Virus record (IMG/VR): IMGVR_UViG_3300012980_000010 | Span: 1 to 40,819 of that record | Length of the DNA: 40,819 nucleotides | Source of the DNA: a virus | Taxonomy: Duplodnaviria; Caudoviricetes | Direction: 5' to 3' (one strand) | Shown: positions 34,000 through 40,819 of the stretch, in pieces | How positions within the stretch are numbered: the stretch's first letter is position 1 | How the letters are laid out: every line of letters begins with the position of its first letter | The notes under the pieces: generated by a model | Seen by the model: only the letters and a program-made list of their open reading frames with translations | What the model was told of the DNA's origin: nothing | Databases searched by the model: none | Translations under genes and position numbers: made by a program

Positions 34000-35165
34000 G
34001 CCTTTCCGCTTACATTGATTCAGCCGGGGTTCACGCCCCGACCTATGCTCAAATTCTGGCCTCGCTCCAGGCGTCCTATCAGGCGATCTTCGGGCCAGAC
34101 GTGTACTTGGGGAACGACAGTCAAGACGGACAACTGCTGGCGGTTTTCGCGCAAGCCATTTCAGATGCCAACTCCGCAGCGATTCAGGTTTATAACGCAT
34201 TCTCTCCAGCGACCGCGCAGGGTACTGGTCTTGCGTCCGTCGTTAAAATCAACGGGATCAAACCCCTCGTATCGACCGACAGTACGGTCCAACTGACCCT
34301 GGTTGGGCAGGCAAGCGCAGTTATCACCAACGGCATCGCCCAGGACGTGTCTGGGAACAACTGGCTCCTGCCGGCCTCTGTGACAATTCCGTCATCCGGG
34401 ACAGTCGTGGTGCTGGCGACAGCGCAGAATCCGGGCGCCATCAACGCCTCAATCGGTGCGATCACCAAGATAATGACCCCGCAGGTAGGGTGGCAATCCG
34501 TGACCAATGCCACAGCTGCAACGCCGGGCGCTCCGGTTGAAACGGACGGGGCGCTGCGCCAGCGTCAATCGGCATCGGTATCTATCCCGGCGCAAGGTCC
34601 CCTGGCCGCCGTTGTGGGGCAGGTTGCGGCGGTTTCAGGTGTGACGCGCTATATGGGGTACGAGAATCCCACAAGCGCCGTGGACGCTAATGGCGCGCCC
34701 GCCAATTCGGTGTACATGGTGGTGGAAGGCGGCAACCCGGTTTCGATTGCCCAGGCCATCTGCAACAGCAAGACCATCGGCGCGCCGACGTTCGGCACGA
34801 CCTCTGAAACGGTCACGGCTTACACCGGAATGCCGGAAACCATCAAATTCTTCGTGGTGCAGGATGTCCAGATTTATGTGGCAATTTCGCTCCACGCGAT
34901 CAGCGGCTACACGGCGGCCATCGGTACCGAGATTCAGAACGCCATCACCGCGTACATCAACGCCTTGGCAATTGGACAGCCGGTGCGACTGTCGCGGCTC
35001 TATACCCCGGCCAACCTGTCAGGGGGTACCGATAGCCTGTCCTACGAGATCACGTCCCTGCAAATCGGGCTGTCTGCTGGGGCGACCGGAACCGCTGACC
35101 TTGCGATTGCGTTTAACCAGGCCGCTTACTGCGCACCCGCAAACATCGTCATCACGCAGGTATAA
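33996..35165 (+). CDS. Baseplate J/gp47-like protein
   Basis: DSQDGQL...YNAFSPATAQG...ETDGALRQR...VVEGG. Confidence 0.88.
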   Translation: MSLSAYIDSAGVHAPTYAQILASLQASYQAIFGPDVYLGNDSQDGQLLAVFAQAISDANSAAIQVYNAFSPATAQGTGLASVVKINGIKPLVSTDSTVQLTLVGQASAVITNGIAQDVSGNNWLLPASVTIPSSGTVVVLATAQNPGAINASIGAITKIMTPQVGWQSVTNATAATPGAPVETDGALRQRQSASVSIPAQGPLAAVVGQVAAVSGVTRYMGYENPTSAVDANGAPANSVYMVVEGGNPVSIAQAICNSKTIGAPTFGTTSETVTAYTGMPETIKFFVVQDVQIYVAISLHAISGYTAAIGTEIQNAITAYINALAIGQPVRLSRLYTPANLSGGTDSLSYEITSLQIGLSAGATGTADLAIAFNQAAYCAPANIVITQV

Positions 35166-35168
35166 ACC

Positions 35169-35783
35169 ATGAATCAGGTCTTGACCCGCTACACCGGCCT
35201 GGTGACTTCGGAACATAACCAGAAGCCGAATTTCATGGCCGTGGTGTCCGCGCTTTTGCAGCCCATGGTAGACATCCAGAATTTCATGTTCTCGCTGCCC
35301 ACGGACTTTGACCTGGATGTCGCGCAATGGACTGAATTGGATGCACTGGGCCAGTGGATCGGCTTGAGCCGAAATCTGGCTCCCACGGCTCCGGGGTTCT
35401 ATACCCAAGCCCCTGACCCGTCTGTGGTGCCATTGAGCGACGTGGATTACAGCACGGTGCTTCATGGGGTGGTGGGCGCAAATCAGTGGAACGGCACGCT
35501 GGAAGGCGCTTACCAAAAGCTCACCTATATGTTCGGCACATCCGGGTCATCGCTCCTGTTCATGATTGATAACCAGAATATGAACATGGTCACTTGCGTG
35601 ACCGGCTTACCCAGCGCCGGATTCAAGGCAGCGCTCATGGGCGGCTACCTTCGAGTCAGGCCTGCCGGGGTGGGGACGTCCTACCTTTTCGGATCTGCCG
35701 CTGGTGCCCCGATTTTCGGACTAGACATCGAGAACCAATTTATTGCCGGCCTCGATGTCGGTTCTCTCGCTACAACTTCATAG
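35169..35783 (+). CDS. DUF2612 baseplate wedge protein
   Basis: FDLDVA...LDALGQWIGLSR...NQWNGT...DNQNM...RPAGV. Confidence 0.85.
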   Translation: MNQVLTRYTGLVTSEHNQKPNFMAVVSALLQPMVDIQNFMFSLPTDFDLDVAQWTELDALGQWIGLSRNLAPTAPGFYTQAPDPSVVPLSDVDYSTVLHGVVGANQWNGTLEGAYQKLTYMFGTSGSSLLFMIDNQNMNMVTCVTGLPSAGFKAALMGGYLRVRPAGVGTSYLFGSAAGAPIFGLDIENQFIAGLDVGSLATTS

Positions 35784-35791
35784 AGGTTTAA

Positions 35792-36364
35792 ATGGCAACT
35801 ACTGACATCCTGGCCTTCGCAGAAGGGGTGGGGGCGAACGTACTGACGCAAGCACAGTACGCGGCCCTGACTGCTTTGCTTGCGGACGGCTTTACTACCG
35901 GGATTCTTCCGTCAAATCAGCTTAACAAGATACTGCGTCAATCAACTTTCATGGCTTCCGGTTTGGCGAACTGGATGGTAGCTCGCGGGATCTCGGTTCC
36001 AGACGACGGCAACATGGCCAACTTGATAACAGAGATTAGTGAGGCGCTCTCTGCTTTCCTGGTAGCGAACATGGGCATCACCTACGCAGGGAACCCCAAC
36101 GGGCACGTTGCGGGGAACGCTGGCAATCCTGGCACAACCTTCCCGTCCATGCTCTGGGATACCACGGATGATCTACTGTGGATATGTACCGCCACCGGAA
36201 CCGCGACGACGGCGGTATGGACAGCGATGGTGGCGATCACAGGGGCAATCACTACGGGAAACTTTCCTGCTTTTGGTAGCGTCCCCGGAACCTTGGTAGA
36301 TAGCGGCACAAGTGCGTCCGCTTCTGGCGAGGCAATTCTGTACCAGCTTGGCCAGACTTTCTAG
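35792..36364 (+). CDS. Tail fibre anchor (N-terminal module)
   Basis: FAEGVGANVLTQAQY...GFTTG...SNQLNKILRQSTFM...DDGN; follows DUF2612. Confidence 0.75.
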   Translation: MATTDILAFAEGVGANVLTQAQYAALTALLADGFTTGILPSNQLNKILRQSTFMASGLANWMVARGISVPDDGNMANLITEISEALSAFLVANMGITYAGNPNGHVAGNAGNPGTTFPSMLWDTTDDLLWICTATGTATTAVWTAMVAITGAITTGNFPAFGSVPGTLVDSGTSASASGEAILYQLGQTF

Positions 36365-36374
36365 GAGATAACAA

Positions 36375-36773
36375 ATGGCAACAACGATCAATTACGCAAG
36401 CACGCCTGTTGTCGGAGGCGGCGTCCTCACCACTGGCGATACATCACGCACCGCGCCGACCACCACCACGACCATTTTCACCAGCACCAATGGCGGCCAA
36501 GTCGAGCGCATCACGATCACCCCGGTGGCGACCACCGTTTCGTCCGTGATCCGGATTTTCCGCTACGACGGCACGAACTACCACCTCTATACCGAGGTGC
36601 CTGTGGTAGCGCAGACAGTGACCACAGGGGCGGCAGTCGTGCCTCAAACTCTAGAAGCCGTGGACAATCCCAACCTGTTCCCAATACTCATTCCTGCTGG
36701 CTGGAGTTTACGGGCCACGGTCAATGACGCGCAGACTGGCATCCAGATTCAGGCCGAAGGCGGGGGGTACTAA
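36375..36773 (+). CDS. Tail fibre-associated structural protein
   Basis: AGGAG RBS; Thr-rich, beta-strand-like; lies in the fibre module. Confidence 0.6.
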   Translation: MATTINYASTPVVGGGVLTTGDTSRTAPTTTTTIFTSTNGGQVERITITPVATTVSSVIRIFRYDGTNYHLYTEVPVVAQTVTTGAAVVPQTLEAVDNPNLFPILIPAGWSLRATVNDAQTGIQIQAEGGGY

Positions 36774-36775
36774 TC

Positions 36776-37924
36776 ATGCAGCGTGGATATGTAGGGTTTC
36801 CGTTTCCGACCGGGAATTCGGCAAATGTAGGGGCGACTGCGATTGGTCAGGTTGCCAGTGTTTTTTCAGCAGGCAAGAATTTCAAAGCGGTTGGCCAAAC
36901 AGCATTGCGGGCTTCGTACCCGACACTCTCGACTTTGTTTCCGGTTTCTGGTGCTGGGTTGTATGCGTCGACCGCTCAAACTTTGCCGGCATCAACCACA
37001 TGGTCAGGCGTGGTCTACGGTAATGGTGTTTACGTTGCGGTTTCAGGTGGCAATGCCGCGAGCACTATTGGGGCTGTTAGCCCAGACGGGGTGAACTGGA
37101 CTCAAACTGTTCTCCCAACAAGCGCCCAGTGGTCATCTGTCACGTTCGCAAACGGTGTTTTTGTTGCGGTCTCTGGAGGGACGGCACTCAGCACTCACGG
37201 AGCAGTCAGCACAGATGGCGTGAACTGGACAGCGACTACGCTCCCGTCCAGCTATTGGACCTCTGTGACCTACGGTAACGGTGTATTCGTTGCCATTCCA
37301 GAAGCAGGGAATACCGACACCGCTACTAGCCCAGATGGAATTACATGGACTGACCATGCCGGAGTTCTCCCTGCCGGATATTGGGCTTCGATAACCTACG
37401 GCAGTGGTGGGTTTGTTGCAGTCTCAAATTCTGGGGGTGGCGCTGTTGGAACCGTTGCAGCATCAAGCCCCGACGGGATTACCTGGACCGCTCGGACCCT
37501 TCCATCTGGCACATGGCTTTCAGTAGCATTCGGCAATGGCATCTATGTGGCGGTATCGGCAGGAGCTGGATATGCAGGGAGCACCGTTGCAGCATCAAGC
37601 CCCGACGGGATTACCTGGACCGCTCGGACGCTCCCCGCGTCGCAGGTTTGGACAACGGTCGCCTTCGGCAACGGAGTGTTCATGGCTGCTGGTGGCGCTT
37701 CAATGGCCATCAGCCAAAACGGGACATCGTGGACAGCGAAAACTTCGGCGGTTGCAGGCACCTCTAATTTAACGTGGGGCAACGGGCTATTTGTGGGGGT
37801 CCAAGGATGGGCGCTGCCGGGCGGGTCCGCGTCAACTGTGGCCAATACAACCTATGTAGAGGGCACCACGAGTCAGTACGTGTATATAGCTGGGACCGCT
37901 GGACAATATGTGAGGGTTTCATAA
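36776..37924 (+). CDS. Putative receptor-binding protein with Asp-box/BNR-like beta-propeller repeats
   Basis: About six ~44-aa repeats WxxVxYGNGVFVAV...SPDGxxWT. Confidence 0.75.
   Translation: MQRGYVGFPFPTGNSANVGATAIGQVASVFSAGKNFKAVGQTALRASYPTLSTLFPVSGAGLYASTAQTLPASTTWSGVVYGNGVYVAVSGGNAASTIGAVSPDGVNWTQTVLPTSAQWSSVTFANGVFVAVSGGTALSTHGAVSTDGVNWTATTLPSSYWTSVTYGNGVFVAIPEAGNTDTATSPDGITWTDHAGVLPAGYWASITYGSGGFVAVSNSGGGAVGTVAASSPDGITWTARTLPSGTWLSVAFGNGIYVAVSAGAGYAGSTVAASSPDGITWTARTLPASQVWTTVAFGNGVFMAAGGASMAISQNGTSWTAKTSAVAGTSNLTWGNGLFVGVQGWALPGGSASTVANTTYVEGTTSQYVYIAGTAGQYVRVS
37451..37629 (+). repeat. Exact 47-bp direct repeat (37451-37497 and 37583-37629)
   Basis: ACCGTTGCAGCATCAAGCCCCGACGGGATTACCTGGACCGCTCGGAC twice, 132 bp apart. 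Confidence 0.92.
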
Positions 37925-38337
37925 TGGAACAATTTTTGTACGATTCAAACGGGTTTTTGACCGGGGTCTATGACGGACCGGCAGCCCAACAAAACAGCAC
38001 CACCATTCAGCCGGTTTTTGTTGCTGGAAAAACCCCTCAATTCGTCAACGGGGCATGGGTGACAGGGCCTTACCCCACCCTTACCCCCATGCAGTTTTAT
38101 CTGGCCTTCACGCCTGCCGAGCGCATCAACATCAAGAAGTCCACCGACCCTATGGTGGCGGAGTTCTGGGCGACCTACGAGCTGGCCGCGCAGACGAATC
38201 ACAACATTGACCCCAACCTTGTGAGCGTGCAGGAAGGGCTGACCTGGCTGGCCACTCCTACGACGGCGACACCTGCCGGGCCGGGGATTCTGGCGTCAAC
38301 GCGACCGGCGCAGATCAGTCAAGGCATCCCGCAGTAA
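37924..38337 (+). CDS. Tail fibre assembly chaperone-like protein
   Basis: YDSNGFLTG...NSTTIQP...FVNGAW...LTPMQFYLAFTPAERI; follows the fibre gene. Confidence 0.7.
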   Translation: MEQFLYDSNGFLTGVYDGPAAQQNSTTIQPVFVAGKTPQFVNGAWVTGPYPTLTPMQFYLAFTPAERINIKKSTDPMVAEFWATYELAAQTNHNIDPNLVSVQEGLTWLATPTTATPAGPGILASTRPAQISQGIPQ

Positions 38338-38352
38338 GCCAATGACGCAGCC

Positions 38353-38375
38353 AGGCCCCTTCGGGGCCTTTTTTT
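38353..38375 (+). terminator. Intrinsic terminator after the tail module
   Basis: AGGCCCC-TTCG-GGGCCT-TTTTTT. Confidence 0.8.
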
Positions 38376-38406
38376 ACATCTGCCTCACAGAAGGGAGAAG
38401 GGAAGA

Positions 38407-38673
38407 ATGAGCGACAAGCAATCAATCCTTAATGATCTTGCTGAAAAACGCGAACGGTTGCGCCATTCAATTCAGGAAAAGGCGAGCATCGAAACGCAGC
38501 TACTCATGGAATACCTCGACATTCGCCACGATGAAATCAAGGCCGAGTTTCAGGACATCAAGAACGCCTATGAGTCCGTGAAAGGCATGGGGACGATGAT
38601 CAAGTGGCTGGCGGGCTTGGCTGCGTCATGCGCGATGATCTGGGCCGCTTTCCATGGTGGCAAGCCGTCCTGA
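38407..38673 (+). CDS. Coiled-coil protein with one C-terminal TM (holin/antiholin candidate)
   Basis: MIKWLAGLAASCAMIWAAF; first gene of the lysis region. Confidence 0.55.
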   Translation: MSDKQSILNDLAEKRERLRHSIQEKASIETQLLMEYLDIRHDEIKAEFQDIKNAYESVKGMGTMIKWLAGLAASCAMIWAAFHGGKPS

Positions 38674-38676
38674 TTC

Positions 38677-38880
38677 ATGCCAGATATTTTCGATGCAGCG
38701 TCAGATCTCGAGGAATCAGACCGGGCTGCCGCGCTTCAGTTTCGCTACAGGACTCTGACGGCGTGCGGGGCCTGTCATTACTGCAATGAGCCATTGCATA
38801 CCGGGCTCCTGTTCTGCGACAAGGACTGCGCGAGGGACTGGGAGCGCGTTGAAGCGGCGAGGCGGAGGAACGGGACATGA
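38677..38880 (+). CDS. TraR/DksA-like C4 zinc-finger protein
   Basis: N-terminal DIFDAA (DxxDxA) helix; CHYC...FCDKDC. Confidence 0.7.
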   Translation: MPDIFDAASDLEESDRAAALQFRYRTLTACGACHYCNEPLHTGLLFCDKDCARDWERVEAARRRNGT

Positions 38881-39308
38881 AGCTGACTGATTTGGAGCCG
38901 CAGTTCCACCGCTACGAAAGGCGGCGCGAGATGAGGCGGATGCTGAAGCCGGGAATAGACCCGCTGCGCGGCAACTGGACGGACGATGACATCGAAGTGC
39001 GCGAGACCGAAACTCTGTATCACGTCGATGTTGATAGCCTCGCTGAAGCGCAAGCCGTTATGTTCCTTTGCCCCCTTTGCTTTCAAAAGAATGGCGGGGC
39101 AGTAGGAACGCACAGCATAGATGTAACCTTTTCAGATCGCGGCGTTTCCGATTCGGATGGCACGCACACGCTACAAGGCGCGCCTGTTCGTTGGAAAGTT
39201 GGTGGCACGGGATACGCGGACCTTACTACGCAACCGAGCATTCTCCTTACCGGCTCGGGTTGTGGTTGGCACGGGTTCATTACCAATGGCCAGATCACTT
39301 TCTGTTAA
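38877..39308 (+). CDS. DUF6527-like Cys/His metal-binding protein
   Basis: FLCPLC...H...W...LTTQPSIL...CGWHGFITNG. Confidence 0.6.
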   Translation: MKLTDLEPQFHRYERRREMRRMLKPGIDPLRGNWTDDDIEVRETETLYHVDVDSLAEAQAVMFLCPLCFQKNGGAVGTHSIDVTFSDRGVSDSDGTHTLQGAPVRWKVGGTGYADLTTQPSILLTGSGCGWHGFITNGQITFC

Positions 39309-39405
39309 ACGCAACTCGTGGGGTGATTTTCGTTTAACAGGAAACCACCACGAAATTGTTTCGCATAGACCGCCTCCGGGCGATTTTTCATTTATGGAGA
39401 TCCAG

Positions 39406-39570
39406 ATGGTCATTTTCCTGAAAGTCCTTGCGACTCTGGTACTGCTTGCGCTCTTGGTCCTTGAATGGATGGCTCAGATCATGGGCAACGAAACGGGAAT
39501 TCTGACGGTGAAGGATCGCCTGTTTATGGCGGCTCCTATCGTCGGCATCGTGCTGGTGTGGGCGCTATGA
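39406..39570 (+). CDS. Small two-TM membrane protein (holin candidate)
   Basis: GGAG RBS; two hydrophobic helices; ATGA overlap with the next gene. Confidence 0.55.
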   Translation: MVIFLKVLATLVLLALLVLEWMAQIMGNETGILTVKDRLFMAAPIVGIVLVWAL

Positions 39571-40031
39571 AATCAGTCGCTACCACCCACGAACAAAAGG
39601 AAACGCTGGTCATTGATGTCGAGCTGCCCGGGCACGACCCGCGCAAAGCGTCTGCCCTGTTCGAGCGCACCCGCAAGCAGCTGCTCCAGAAAACGGATCG
39701 CTGCTGGATTTGTGGCCGCACCGCCGAAGAAGCGGGCCATCCATTGGAAGCGCATCACACGGGGATTGAGTTTTCCTTTATGACCGCGCCCATTGACTGG
39801 AAGAGGGTTGCGGAGGACTTCCCAACCTTCGACTGGCACAACTTTGACGAGTCAAAGCCGGGCGACTTCGTGGACAACATGCTGGCCCAGGGTCTCATCT
39901 TGTGCAAAGACCATCACACCCACCCAGAAACGGGAATTCACACGTTGCCGTGGCCGCTTTTCGTCATGCAGCGGTACCTGAAGGATGGGTACAAGTTCAA
40001 CGATCTGGAAGTGATTCACCACGACCAATGA
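39567..40031 (+). CDS. HNH-like zinc-binding protein
   Basis: CWICG...LEAHH...LCKDHH...GIH. Confidence 0.6.
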   Translation: MKSVATTHEQKETLVIDVELPGHDPRKASALFERTRKQLLQKTDRCWICGRTAEEAGHPLEAHHTGIEFSFMTAPIDWKRVAEDFPTFDWHNFDESKPGDFVDNMLAQGLILCKDHHTHPETGIHTLPWPLFVMQRYLKDGYKFNDLEVIHHDQ

Positions 40032-40486
40032 CCCCAAAAGACTTTATCGCCGAAATCTCGCCGGCAGCCCAGGCCGTCATGCTGGCAAACCCGCAGATAC
40101 TGGCCTCGATCACGATTGCGCAGGCGGCCATCGAATCCGGGTGGGGGTCGCATTGCCCAGGACTCAACTTGTTTGGCATCAAGGCCGATTCTTCATGGCA
40201 TGGACCAACCACGAGCGATGCGACGACAGAGGATGCCGGCAGCCACGTCCAGCACATCACAGCAAAGTTCCGGGCCTATCCGAACTGGCAGGCCTCGATC
40301 CAGGACCATGCTGACTTTCTGCTGCGAAACCCGCGCTACGCCGCCGCACTGCACGCCAAGGACGCCGCGAGCTATGCCATTGCCCTGCAAGCCTGCGGCT
40401 ATTCAACCAACCCGCAATACGCCCACCTGTTGATGGAAATCGTCAACGCGCACGACTTGACCAGCTACGACGTGGTGGGGGCGTAG
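40028..40486 (+). CDS. Endolysin, glucosaminidase (GH73/FlgJ-type)
   Basis: ITIAQAAIESGWG...NLFGIKA...FRAY...SIQDH...GYSTNPQYA. Confidence 0.92.
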   Translation: MTPKDFIAEISPAAQAVMLANPQILASITIAQAAIESGWGSHCPGLNLFGIKADSSWHGPTTSDATTEDAGSHVQHITAKFRAYPNWQASIQDHADFLLRNPRYAAALHAKDAASYAIALQACGYSTNPQYAHLLMEIVNAHDLTSYDVVGA

Positions 40487-40504
40487 CACTTTTTGGAGGC
40501 ATCA

Positions 40505-40819
40505 ATGAAAAACACTCTTTCGTACACCATCGGGGTTTGGGTTTCCGGCCTGCTTGGCGCAGCCGTGTGGGGCTGGGGCGGCGACCTTCATGCGTCGCTA
40601 TCGTTCCAGACATTTTGCGCCCTGAGCCTGCCCGCGATGCTCGTTCACCTGGGGATAACCTCTGGGTACCGACGTTTCACCGAGCAGAAGAACGCCGCGA
40701 ATCAGCCGCCCGCTACCGCCCAGGTTCCCACGGCTGCGCCTGCTGCTCCCGTTGCAACCGTCACCGTAGCTGCCGCGTCGGATCCTGCTGCACCAGCTGC
40801 ACCTGCACCGACAGCCTGA
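40505..40819 (+). CDS. Membrane protein with Ala/Pro-rich tail (holin-like lysis candidate)
   Basis: GGAGG RBS; two hydrophobic segments then a PAAPA-rich tail; follows the endolysin. Confidence 0.55.
   Translation: MKNTLSYTIGVWVSGLLGAAVWGWGGDLHASLSFQTFCALSLPAMLVHLGITSGYRRFTEQKNAANQPPATAQVPTAAPAAPVATVTVAAASDPAAPAAPAPTA

Noticed and set aside
36776-37924. Tail fibre as a DGR target
   Set aside because: No copy of the VR and no NNC-type variation; its internal repeat is exact
40487-40819. attR copy of the tRNA 3' end
   Set aside because: No repeat of CCCACCCTCTCCGCCA was seen; the window ends at a stop codon within the lysis module

Overview
The window is almost entirely one temperate, contractile-tailed (myovirus-like) prophage integrated at the 3' end of a tRNA-Ser(CGA) gene (11-100). 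attR was not seen, so the element probably extends past the window end. Gene order is lambdoid: int/xis; a leftward early operon (DNA methyltransferase, recombination genes, small genes); an accessory block; a cI/cro/cII switch with four 17-bp operators; replication and nin-like genes; a Q-like gene with late promoter; then terminase, portal, head, tail, baseplate, fibre and lysis genes. The most notable structure is in the early operon. Three dispersed DUF1566/C-type-lectin-like genes end in a shared 102-bp repeat that varies almost only at codon positions 1-2 of NNC codons, the signature of diversity-generating retroelement (DGR) variable regions. No template repeat, Avd or intact reverse transcriptase was found. 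A 70-aa ORF resembling a DGR RT C-terminus remains, and the expected core position holds a C4 antisense RNA cassette plus an HNH-like gene. Downstream, a C5 cytosine methyltransferase is split over two almost fully overlapping ~420-codon frames that contain a (GACG)6 microsatellite. All family names come from motif recognition, not database searches.
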